A stretch of DNA of 64,000 nt, taken from NCBI GenBank assembly GCA_030704615.1, contig CM060734.1, positions 53,010,001 through 53,074,000 of the forward strand, written 5' to 3'. Each line of letters starts with the position of its first letter. The first letter of the stretch is position 1. The translations under genes and the position numbers were made by a program. Positions 12,886 to 23,810 of this stretch are shown piece after piece. This stretch comes from Takakia lepidozioides. Lineage: Eukaryota > Plantae > Bryophyta. The notes beneath the pieces are model-generated. The model ran no database searches. It was not told where the DNA came from and worked only from the letters and a program-made list of their open reading frames with translations.

Positions 12886-14389
12886 TGCCTTCAAAACATT
12901 TCACCCACTTTTCCCGTTTTAACGAAATCGTCCTTAAATTTTCATGTTGATTTCAGCAAGTTACAAGTTGAGTGAACCTTAGATAGTTTGCAATGCGTGT
13001 GCAAAGCTGGCAGCTCTGGAAAAGGCTGCTTCTGCATGTGATTCTTAGGGATTACTTGGGTTTGTTTTCATTGTTGTTCCATGCCACTCCATACTTGCTT
13101 TTGTTCTGTTTTCATTGTTGTTCCACGATTGTTGCGATGGTGGTTGCGATGGTGGTTTTCATTGCGATGTTGATTCTCACGATTGTTGGGGATGATAGAG
13201 TGACGACGAGCCCGACACGTTGGTGGTATCATCGACAGCTCCAACTGCTCGAGCAGTCACTCCAAAAGCCGCTACTCATCGCATGTTTGGATCGCCCAAC
13301 TTGGGGCAGGAGGGCAAACTAAATCCTTTTGTTGGTGGACGGGAGGACCTGCAGCGAGAGTACGACTGAAGGAGAGAGGGAGTGGGAGAGACTTTACATC
13401 TGACACAGATATCTTTGGACTGTAAATCAGTCTAGCTTGGCATAAGTGTTGGCAATGCAAAATTTGCATAGGAAGCATAGAAGATTGGCAAATCATCTTC
13501 AAAATTTTCGTGGAAGAAACCACATCGGAAAGAACCCATTTTGCCATTGTACAATGTCCAAGAACAAATGTGACTGCAGTAGCTATTATGGGAAAATGTA
13601 TTTGAGGTTTGCTCCCCTCATTAGATGGCTGCCTTCCCATCACTTATCCCAAAGACAAAAATCCCCCCTTCTCAACCACATTCCCGGTCCGTATTCCCCC
13701 CTAGTACAAAGCAGTGTAGGGATGGCAGACAAATGCCAGTTGAACATCTATTACAGGGACTTGAATCAGCCTAGAGCAACCAGCAGCCCTTGTCCCTCTA
13801 ATCTATCCTTCAAGACTGGATGCCCCTGGTAGGGCCCGCAGTCAAATCCCCACCCCCTAAGGCCAGCCCCTGTGCCTATATTATTCCCCTCAGGGAGCCT
13901 TGTGATATATGTATTATTCTAGTGACGACTAAAGGTGGGATACTATTTTTAATGTAGGGCTGGAATAGGATGCCATAGTGACACATCATGGTCACCATGT
14001 CATCATCGCCACATCATTGTCCCCACTTTTTTGGCTAGAAAAAAACAAAGAAAACAAAAAAGGATTTTGAAAATCTATTTTACAAATCTGCTCTAATATC
14101 GCTTGCTTTCTAGTGATCGAGACCAATGACCATCGTCAACAAGCATACAACAGTGACTGTAGGGAAAGAAAACTCAGTCCGTGACCATTTTTGATTCATT
14201 CAAATGAAATGGCTGACATACAAGATCGAAAAAACTTTGAATGTTTCAACTAGCTACACTTCTGTGCAGACTAGGCAATCTTGCAGCCTTGAAGGGTCTG
14301 ATATGGAATCCATCCTAGTCCTTCTACTGAAATCATGGATAACCATGACCACTTGCCCATGCCATAGTTTCTAACTGAGGAGAATGGTA

Positions 14390-15520
14390 CTATGGATGAT
14401 TAGTAACGCAATAAACCTCATTACCATAACCAGTACTTGCACATGTCGCAGCTTGTGGAGGAGGCACAACGGGAACGCCACCGTTGGGATATCTTGGAAA
14501 GCCACCAATGGGAAATCCTAGACCGCCGCCGCCGGGAAACAAACCTACGCCACTGGGATGTCCTGGAAAGCCACCATTGGGAAATCCCGTACCGCCGCCG
14601 CCGGGGAACAAATCGGGATAACCTCCGAAATGTCCAAAACTTCCAAACGGAGGAGGATGGCCTAGGAATGGATGTTTAGCGTCGAAGTTCTTCATATTAC
14701 CATACCCGCTTGCCGATGCCATAGCTTCTAGAGGACGCACACCGGGAAATCCTGGAAAACCACCACTGGGATATCCTCCAAAGCCACCAATGGGATGTCC
14801 TAGAAAGCCACCACTGGGATATCCTGGGAAGCCACCACTGGGAAATCCTGGACTGCCGCCGCCGGGAAACAAACCGGGATCACCTCCGAAATGTCCAATA
14901 CTTCCTCCTCCGACACTGGGATGTCCTGGAAAGCCACCACTGGGATATCCTGGAAAGCCACCAATGGGATGTCCTGGAAAGCCAACACTCGGATATCCTG
15001 GAAAGCCACCACTGGGAAATCCTCGACTACCGCCGCCGGGAAACAAACCGGGATCACCTCCGAAATGACCAATACTTCCTCCCCCGCCACTGGGATATCC
15101 TGGGAAGCCACCACTGGGATATCCTGGAAGGCCATCACTGGGAAATCCTGGACCGAGGCCGCCGATATTGGGATAATCTCCGACATGTCCAAATCTTCCA
15201 TGACTTTTTTCACTACTATTGAGGTTATTGCCAATACCTCCATCAGGAATTCCTTCACCGCTTGGATTTCTACTCTGAGAACCATCACCATCGGGCCCTA
15301 GAGGACTTCCTAGGGCTCCAAGATCATGACCAACATAAGGCCCAAAACTACTCAAAGGACTAGGATCACTAGCTTTGTTGTTGAGGTCCAAATCACCTAG
15401 CACGACACCCTCTGAATCATGCTTGTTCCCAACACCTTCACTTGCAGCTTGCACACTCCCTATTAACAAAATCAGAAACAAGAGGGAAGGCACCATACAA
15501 ATTTGTTGCACAGTCTTCAT
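14390..15520 (-). CDS. Secreted Gly/Pro-rich repeat protein, copy 1 (376 aa from the ATG)
   Basis: Hydrophobic N-terminal signal-like peptide ending VQA-A; GGFPG(Y/H)PS repeats; TATA box upstream; intact ORF. Confidence 0.85.
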   Translation of the reverse strand: MKTVQQICMVPSLLFLILLIGSVQAASEGVGNKHDSEGVVLGDLDLNNKASDPSPLSSFGPYVGHDLGALGSPLGPDGDGSQSRNPSGEGIPDGGIGNNLNSSEKSHGRFGHVGDYPNIGGLGPGFPSDGLPGYPSGGFPGYPSGGGGSIGHFGGDPGLFPGGGSRGFPSGGFPGYPSVGFPGHPIGGFPGYPSGGFPGHPSVGGGSIGHFGGDPGLFPGGGSPGFPSGGFPGYPSGGFLGHPIGGFGGYPSGGFPGFPGVRPLEAMASASGYGNMKNFDAKHPFLGHPPPFGSFGHFGGYPDLFPGGGGTGFPNGGFPGHPSGVGLFPGGGGLGFPIGGFPRYPNGGVPVVPPPQAATCASTGYGNEVYCVTNHP

Positions 15521-15633
15521 TGCAAGCAATCAATCCTTTAGCTGGACCTAAACCTCTTCCTCTCTTCCCAACTCTATAGCAAGATCACGCAGACGCACAC
15601 ATAAGTTGTTGGTAAGCCGCTCCAAAGACTTAG

Positions 15634-15642
15634 TTTATATAG
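15634..15642 (-). promoter_or_regulatory. TATA box of the Gly/Pro-rich gene
   Basis: CTATATAAA ~115 bp upstream of the ATG, also present in copies at ~34380, ~45375 and ~63230. Confidence 0.6.
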
Positions 15643-15809
15643 TGACTGAAGGCCAACGCCTTAAGCAGCATACTGATAAACATAGCTGCTGTTGGGCACT
15701 ATAGTAGTGTCCACAAATTTTTCTTTTCTTAAAAAAAGAAAAAGAAAAGTGTCTTCGGACTCAGTTTTCTTGTTTTTTTCTTTTCTTTTCTTTTCTTTTC
15801 TCCAAATTT

Positions 15810-17130
15810 AGATATGATGTCCCATGGACCTCTCTGCCCTTTTCTAGGGCTCCTAGGCTGGAACATGCATTGAGAACACAAATGAAAGTGACCTTGTTGG
15901 GCTTCACCCCCTCCTATTGCACCTGCTCGTGGACAGCCTCCCTACCAAACCCATGTTGGGCATATCCTGCTATCATCACACTCCATGAGACCACATTTCG
16001 TTTAGCCATACTGTCAAATACTTGTTGCGCATCCCTCATGCTCCCGCATTTGGCGTACATGTCAACAAGGACAGTCTCCAAATTTATATATGGTGCAATT
16101 CCAACTTTAATAATGTCACCATGGACGACTTTCCCCATTTCCAAGGCTCCTAGGTTGGCAAAAGCATGATAACACAAACAAAATGTGACCCTGTCGGGCT
16201 TCACACCTTGTTGTTGCATTTGTTCATAGATATTGAAAGCCTCCCTGCCACAACCATGTTGAGCATGTCCTGTTATCCTGGCATTCCATGATACCACATC
16301 TGGTTTGGCACCTGCTCGTGGACAGCCTCCCTACCAAACCCATGTTGGGCATATCCTGCTATCATCACACTCCATGAGACCACATTTCGTTTAGCCATAC
16401 TGTCAAATACTTGTTGCGCATCCCTCATGCTCCCGCATTTGGCGTACATGTCAACAAGGACAGTCTCCAAATTTATATATGGTGCAATTCCAACTTTAAT
16501 AATGTCACCATGGACGACTTTTCCCATTTCCAAGGCTCCTAGGCTGGCAAAAGCATTGATAACACAAACGAAATGTGACCTTGTCGGGCTTCACACCTTG
16601 TTGTTGCATTTGTTCATAGATATTGAAAGCCTCCCTGCCACAACCATGTTGAGCATGTCCTGTTATCCTGGCATTCCATGATACCACATCTGGTTTGGCC
16701 ATATTGTCAAATACGTGATGGGCATCCCTCATGCTTCCACATTGGCATCCATGTCCACAAGGCTATTCTCCAAGTTTACATAGGACACAATTCCAGCTTT
16801 GATTATGTCAGAATGGATGTCTTTACCCTTTTGCAGGGCTCCTAGGCTAGCCACACTCTGAGAACACAAATGAATGTGACTCTATCAGGCATGACCCCCT
16901 CTCGTTGCATTTATGCTTGGCATATCTTGCCATCATTGTTGTCCATGTACACAGATCTCGTTGAGACATTTTGTCAAATACTCGGCGTGCAGCCACAACA
17001 CTCCCACATTTGGCATACATTTTGACAAGGGTGCTGAGTAGAAAGATGCTTGGCTCCAATCCACTTTGAACAATGTGGGCATGCACCTGCAAGGCCTTCA
17101 TTTTGATGCACTCCTGCACGAGAGACAAAT
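15810..17130 (-). pseudogene. PLS-class PPR pseudogene C, with internal 389-bp tandem duplication (~15919-16307 / ~16308-16697)
   Basis: PPR ORF fragments 16847-17128, 16505-16732, 16273-16533 and 15914-16297. Confidence 0.9.
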
Positions 17131-17612
17131 AAGTATTGCAGTCCTTTGGATTGAGAATTGGTCGAACCCTCCTTGGGTGAAATCAGAGCTAGCTGCACGT
17201 CACGCACAACGAGGTGATGATTACACCATGGAGCTCCAGGCCAAGAATACAACAGGTTTTGTTTTGATGTTGATTATGCATTCTAACCTCAAATAAACAG
17301 AATTGGCACATGTCATATGCAATCTAGATGACTTTAGTAGTCTTTGCAACTTTGCGGACGCAACGTGGCCCTCCTTCCGCCAGAGCCGTTCTTATCCACG
17401 AGACGCCGGCGCCGAATTTCCATCCTGCAGGTCATTCGGAGCGGGGCCGGATGGAAATCCAGCGCCCAATTTCCATCCTGCAGGTAATTCGGAGCGAATT
17501 TTCATCCTGCAAGCAAAAAATTCCAAGCTTAGTGTGTACCCAGTCAAAAAATCGCGAAAAACTTGATGGAACGACTAAAAATTGTTGAAGAAGGGCTGAT
17601 ACGGGCATCTGC

Positions 17613-18702
17613 GGATGGAAATTCGGCGCCGTTTTTCCATCCGGGGGATGTTCTCTGTCGGCCAGGTGTCGGCCTCTCCCCCCGAGGCGACTTCATCCGT
17701 GCGCCCTCGGATGGAAATTCCGCGCCGTTTTCCATCCGGGGGATGTTCTCTGTCGGCCAGGTGTCGGCCTCTCCCCCCGAGACGACTTCATCCGTGCCCC
17801 CTCGGATGGAAATTCCGCGCCGTTTTTCCATCCAGGGGATGTTCTCTGTCGGCCAGGTGTCGGCCTCTCCCCCCGAGACGACTTCATCGGTGCGGCCTCG
17901 GATGGTAATTCGGCACCGTTTTTCCATCCGGGGGATGTTCTCTCTCGGCCAAGTGTCGGCCTCTCCCCCCGAGACAACTTCATCCAACGGGCCTCGGATG
18001 CAAATTCGGCGCCGTTTTTCCATCCGGGGGAAGTTCTCTGTCGGCCAGGTGTCGGCCTCTCCCCCCGAGACGACTTCATCGGTGCGGCCTCGGATGGAAA
18101 TTCGGCGCCGTTTTTCCATCCGGGGGATGTTCTCTGTTGGCCAGGTGTCGGCCTCTCCCCCGAGACGACTTCATCTGTGTGCCCTCGGATGGAAATTCGG
18201 CGCCGTTTGTCCATCCGGGGGATGTTCTCTGTCGGCAAGGTGTCGGCCTCTCCCCCCGAGACGACTTCATCGGTACGGCCTCGGATGGAAATTCGGCGCC
18301 GTTTTTCCATCCGGGGGATGTTCTCTGTCGGCCAGGTGTCGGCCTCTCCCCCTGAGACGACTTCATCCAACGGGCCTCGGATGGAAATTCGGCGCCGTTT
18401 TTCCATCCGGGGGAAATTCTCTGTCGGCCAGGTGTCGGCCTCTCCCCCCGAGACGACTTCATCCGTGCGCCCTCGGATGGAAATTCGCCGCCGTTTTTCT
18501 ATCCGGGGGATGTTCTCTGTCGGCCAGGTGTCGGCCTCTCCCCCCGAGACGACTTCATCCGTGCGCCCTCGGATGCAAATTCGGCGCCGTTTTTCCATCC
18601 GGGGGATGTTCTCTGTCGGCCAGGTGACGGACTCACCCCCGAGACGACTTCGTCCGACCGGCCTCGGATGCAAATTCGGCGCCGTTTTTCCATCCGGGGG
18701 AT
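17613..18702 (+). repeat. 96-bp GC-rich tandem repeat (~11 units), each with a 30-bp imperfect palindrome
   Basis: GGATGGAAATTCGGCGCCGTTTTTCCATCC recurs at 95-96 bp spacing (17613, 17709, 17804, 17900 ... 18666). Confidence 0.97.
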
Positions 18703-18959
18703 CTTCTGTGGCAGGCACGTGGGGCCGTCACCCTCCGATTGGACGTCCTGTCGAAGTAAATTCTGCGCCTCATTCCTGGGTACGGTTATATTAAATGGTG
18801 CTCTTTTCCTTTGCCACTTGCCCGACCTTCGCTCGTGACCCACGCGTTTCAAACCGAGACAACAACAACACTTCCTCGCTCCAAGCTCCTCATCTTCCCC
18901 ACACTCGCCCTTCCCTGCGCACCCTCTCTGCTTCCTGGCAGCCCTTTCAGTAGTCCTCG

Positions 18960-19510
18960 ATGGCGTGCCGGGATCCCAACAACTGCCCAAACAAGCATCG
19001 CACCCCGTGGGACTTCTCGCCCAAGTCAGGGGATATTTTCATATACATGCAAGATTGGATAGACCGCTCTCAGCAGAGGAGGGTGCACCTGTCCGCTCTT
19101 GAGTACCTTCCTGGCTTCCATGATCAGCCTCGCAGGGACGGGCTTGCGCGGCTTTGGTGCCTGCGAATCGTTGATCTGCAGTATCCACCTACATGGAACA
19201 TCCCCAAAAGCCGCACGGCCTTCCTACATCATTGGAGGTGCTGCCTGTGGGCCTACGAGGATTGCATCGGGTGTACGTACATGCCAAAGAGGATTCCATC
19301 GCAAAATGTGTATGGGGACATTCTCATAAGCTACGAGGATGAGTCATATGGACACAGTCTCTCCACAACAAAGATCTCGATTTACGATGGTGCATATATG
19401 GACATGACACCGTTGTCCACTACACCAAAGCAGAACGGGCTGCATCCATATTCTTCACCTACCGACACCCTGTCAGTCATGAGCTTGTTGAGAGGCCAAT
19501 GTAGGTTCCA
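18960..19510 (+). pseudogene. Unknown ~190-aa family member A (frameshift near 19398, premature stop)
   Basis: Aligns by eye with ORFs at 52034-52612 and 53144-53707. The C-terminus continues in another frame as GHDTVVHYTK...FTYRHPVSHELVERPM*VP. Confidence 0.8.
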
Positions 19511-20018
19511 GCTTCTTGGTGAGGATAGTGCAACACGGGAAAAAATTCCCAACTTACCTGAGCATGGATGGCATGCATACTTTTGGCTTCCCTCAGCTTG
19601 TGAGGGCATGCATACTTGTCACAGTTCATTATTAATAAAAATGTCTCCCTTGAACCAAAGTTCCACTTTTTGCGCAATGTTGCATTTTGTTGTATGTTGA
19701 CTTTTGGCAGCCAGGGTTTGGCACTCAATCTTGTAATCAGACCCACTGGAATGCCACCTCTGTCAGTTCCCTCTGTCCATGGGGAAGGTGCTTGCACGCT
19801 CACCCCCCCACGCTTCTTGTCAGACGACGTAATGATTGGTTTGTGCAACGCATCTGCACAGGTCATATACCTTTTGCAAGCGACGAAGCCTATTCACGAA
19901 TCCGGGGAGCCCACTCTCCCGAAAATCCACTGTCAGAGAGTTAATGAACCTTGTCTGCGGAATGCGGCCCTTGGCCTTTGCGCAATAACTGCCAACGGTA
20001 TTTAGTCAGAAGGTATAC

Positions 20019-20591
20019 GCCGCACCGATGAAGTCGTCTCGGGGGAAGAGGCCGACACCTGGCCGACAGAGAATATCCCCCGGATGGAAAAACGGCGCCG
20101 AATTTCCATCCGAGGCCGCACCGATGAAGTCGTCTCGGGGGGAGAGGCCGACATCTGGCCGACAGAGAACATCCCCCGGATGGAAAAACGGCGCGGAATT
20201 TCCATCCGAGGGCGCACGGATGAAGTCGTCTCGGGGGGAGAGGCCGACACCTGGCCGACAGAGAACTTCCCCCAGATGGAAAAACGGCGCCAAATTTCCA
20301 TCCGAGGCCCGTTGGATGAAGTTGTCTCGGGGGGAGAGGCCGACACCTGGCCGAGAGAGAACATCCCCCGGATGGAAAAACGGTGCCGAATTACCATCCG
20401 AGGCCGCACCGATGAAGTCGTCTCGGGGGGAGAGGCCGACACCTGGCCGACAGAGAACATCCCCCGGATGGAAAAACGGCGCGGAATTTCCATCCGAGGG
20501 CGCACGGATGAAGTCGCCTCGGGGGGAGAGGCCGACACCTGGCCGACAGAGAACATCCCCCGGATGGAAAAACAGCGCCGAATTTCCATCC
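20019..20591 (-). repeat. 96-bp tandem repeat (~6 units), inverted relative to 17613-18702
   Basis: Reverse complement of the left array. Confidence 0.95.
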
Positions 20592-21584
20592 GCAGACGCC
20601 CGTATCGGCCCTTCTTCAACAATTTTTAGTCGTTCCATCAAGTTTTTCGCGTTTTTTTGACTGGGTACACACTAAGCTTGGAATTTTTTGCCTGCAGGAT
20701 CGAAATTCGCTCCGAATTACCTGCAGGATGGAAATTGGGCGCTGGATTTCCATCCGGCCCCGCTCCGAATGACCTGCAGGATGGAAATTCGACGCCGGCG
20801 TCTCGTGGATAAGAACGGCTCGGGCGGAAGGAGGGCCACGTTGCGTCCGCAAAGTTGCAAAGACTACTAAAGTCATCTAGATTGCATATGACATGTGCCA
20901 ATTCTGTTTATTTGAGGTTAGAATGCATAATCAACATCAAAACAAAACCTGTTGTATTCTTGGCCTGGAGCTCCATGGTGTAATCATCACCTCGTTGTGC
21001 GTGACGTGCAGCTAGCTCTGATTTCACCCAAGGAGGGTTCGACCAATTCTCAATCCAAAGGACTGCAATACTTATCTGTCTCTCGTGCAGGAGTGCATCA
21101 GAATGAAGGCCTTGCAGGAGCATGCCCACATTGTTCAAAGTGGATTGGAGCCAAGCATCTTTCTACTCAGCACCCTTGCCAAAATGTATGCCAAATGTGG
21201 GAGTGTTGTGGCTGCACGCCGAGTATTTGACAAAATGTCTCAACGAGATCTGTGTACATGGACAACAATGATGGCAGGATATGCCAAGCATAAATGCAAC
21301 GAGAGGGGGTCATGCCTGACAGAGTCACATTCATTTGTGTTCTCAGAGTGTGGCTAGCCTAGGAGCCCTGCAAAAGGGTAAAGACATCCATTATGACGTA
21401 ATCAAAGCTGGAATTGTGTCCTATGTAAACTTGGAGAATAGCCTTGTGGACATGGATGCCAATGTGGAAGCATGAGGGATGCCCATCACGTATTTGACAA
21501 TATGGCCAAACCAGATGTGGTATCATGGAATGCCAGGATAACAGGACATGCTCAACATGGTTGTGGCAGGGAGGCTTTCAATAT

Positions 21585-21931
21585 TGTCAAGTTAAATAAG
21601 CACAGTGTGAAAACAGCTAGAATAAAACTAGTTATTTGTATTTAACACTTGGATTTAGGTCAAGTGTTAAATCAGGTGTCAAGTTTAGTTTGACACCTGG
21701 TCTGTCTTATCTTCACGAGAGCGGCAGTCGCGCAGCTCATCTCTCTCGAGTTGAGCCTGCGCGACCGAGCTCCTTCATGCGTTTAGATCTGAGTGTGCTT
21801 ATGATGGGAGTGTAGGTTGTTGTGGGGTGGAGTCCCCATAGCTTGGGGTGCCCCTGGCTCGACTTCTATTTCTAAGAGTGATGGTTTGGTTTTCATGCTT
21901 TGCATCGTGTGTGTCTTTAGCTTGCTTATCA
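21585..21931 (+). repeat. Terminal repeat A1 (LTR lacking its first 86 bp)
   Basis: Identical to 33365-33709 except two 1-bp indels. Confidence 0.95.
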
Positions 21932-21944
21932 CTCGAGAGAGATG
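21931..21944 (+). promoter_or_regulatory. Putative self-priming PBS
   Basis: ACTCGAGAGAGATG at the LTR end is the exact reverse complement of 21738-21751; no TGG tRNA-type PBS is present. Confidence 0.65.
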
Positions 21945-22246
21945 TGACCTCTTATCTGTGAGTGCAAGGTAGGAGTTAAGGGTTAGCACTTGTATGATTA
22001 CCTGTGTGTAAGTAGTGCTTAGTTTGAGAAGCTTTTAAAAAAAAAACAAAAAAAAAACATGCAGGTTTCGATCATCTCTGGTTTCTGGGTATATAGATGG
22101 TCCATGGAGGCAGGCTGCATGTCAAGCAGGGGCAAAGAACTGGTGTCTTTCCACTGGTAAGGATAGCGTTGGTTCTGGCATGAGGCCGCAGGGGCAGGAC
22201 GGAGCTATACTGCGGGGAAGCAGCCTTTATTCTGGTCAGTGAGGGC

Positions 22247-22462
22247 GTGAACAACTCACAGTGGGTGCGGCAAGCATTGGCGAAGCCAGAGCTGGCCAGG
22301 CAAGTTCTTGATGTGAAACTGCTGAAGACCACAGGTATTGACAAACAGCTGCTGCAGCTGATGGATGTGGCCATGCTTTGCACACACGAGGTGCCTGATA
22401 GACGCCCCTCCATGCAAGACGTGCTAAAGGTGCTCATTGGAATCCAGCACCAGCAGCGATAA
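22247..22462 (+). pseudogene. Captured receptor-like kinase C-terminal fragment
   Basis: QLLQLMDVAMLCTHEVPDRRPSMQDVLKVL resembles kinase subdomain XI of LRR-RLKs. Confidence 0.7.
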
Positions 22463-22594
22463 AGGGAGGGGATGACTTATAGCATGGGAGCAGCTTGGTC
22501 ACCTATGAGTCTGTCCAGCGGAAGGAGCAACGCCGTCACGTTTGAAGTAGTAAGGGCTCGCTGGAAGCTAGATGTGCAGGGGATCAATACTGAT

Positions 22595-23340
22595 GCAGCA
22601 GTCATCCGATGATAGGGCCCACAAACGGCCACTAACTTTGCCAAGGCCTTCGTCCCAAAGCTGACGGCATCGTCAAGCTTGCCCTTGTCCAAAGCTGTTT
22701 TAGACGATTCCAATAATGTCCGCCGACTACAGATGAGCAAGCAACTTGCTGTAGATAGGAACCATGCTGATAATGTCAACTCTCTTGAATGGGGTGGGCG
22801 TATCCAATTCATAGTCTCGAGGAGAAACTTCAATCCCTACCTTGTGACAAAGACCTCGAAGTATAGCATATTTGCGGAGCTCAGAATGAGTGACCTCTGC
22901 AACAAGCCTCCAGCCAAAACTCTTGGTCACAAAAACCTCAACCCATCTCCTGAAGGCAATCACAGCTGATGAGAGCACCACTGTATATGACACAAAGGAC
23001 TGTTCTTATTGAAGCAGTGGGCCCAAGCTTCAGAATGGGGAAGAGATTCCTACTGTTGTGGTTGTGGGAAGACCAGCGTGAAGGGGTGGAAATGCCCTCA
23101 ATGTGAACAGCCTCCGCACTCTTCTTCACTTGAGTGCTAATGGACGAGCACGGCCTTCCTCCGATGCTGAAGAGGTAAAAAATGCTGGGGGCTTGGTTTA
23201 TACACTGTTGGCAAAGAGCCTGGTCAGGCTGGACCAAGAGGATGAGAACAAGGATGACAGGAGCATTCGGTGGGAGTTAGGAGCATGCTGGGTGCAGCAT
23301 TTGCAGACTCAGGTAGTAGCTAAGAAGGAAAAGGCTCAAA
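22595..23340. pseudogene. Captured fragments of a CLU-family (REC/TSS-like) TPR gene in both orientations
   Basis: Minus: [21 protein letters not shown] and [39 protein letters not shown]. Plus: NSLRTLLH and IRWELGACWVQHLQ. Confidence 0.75.
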
Positions 23341-23359
23341 CCAATGTTGAGGGAGGCCC

Positions 23360-23810
23360 ATCGAAGCAGTTTCAGGCACCTCAAGCACCAAGTCCTTCGT
23401 CACCATTGGATTTTCCTTCTCTGTCTGGGCTTGAAGCAGTGAATGGGTCAGCCCTTTCCAGCAGGGCAAGCACGCTTGGTGGGGAGTCTAGATCTGTCCC
23501 GGATTTTGCAGCAGTTGTAAGAAAGCAAGCAGCACAACAGGCTGCGCAGTTGCAATATGAGAGGAATGGCGGGGGTTGAACTGTCCCTAGGAGGAGTTCG
23601 AGGCCTTTCACAAGTGCCTGGAGTTGGTGGCTTTCCCCGAGATGCAAGGGTTGCTCATGGAGTAAGGTTGGAACCATACCACCTTCATGGTCATGATGTG
23701 TATCAACCTCCACCAAGTTGGCTCGAGATCGGGGACACTGTTGGAAGTATGTACACTGATCTGCAAGAAGAAGCTCGTGACCATGCTCGCCGCCATGCTT
23801 GGCTTTGATG
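23360..23810 (+). pseudogene. Captured fragment resembling plant CID7-like (PAM2/Smr) protein
   Basis: DFPSL, DFAAVVRK, WLEIGDTVGSMYTDLQEEARDHAR. Confidence 0.55.

Noticed and set aside
10300-13900. Short ORFs conserved between duplicated blocks (e.g. 10397, 10927, 12217, 13446)
   Set aside because: Conservation reflects recent DNA duplication; indels break them in other copies and I recognised no domain. Some may be decayed TE or gene fragments.
14437-15301. Alternative-frame and antisense ORFs over the Gly/Pro-rich genes (also at 34.7-35.6, 44.1-45.0, 54.1-54.9 and 61.9-62.9 kb)
   Set aside because: Shadows of the 24-bp coding repeat
17544-20660. Long ORFs in the 96-bp arrays (e.g. 354 aa, 341 aa) as proteins, or the arrays as CRISPR
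   Set aside because: Unit length is a multiple of 3 and stop-poor, so ORFs open in many frames; units are near-identical with no unique spacers
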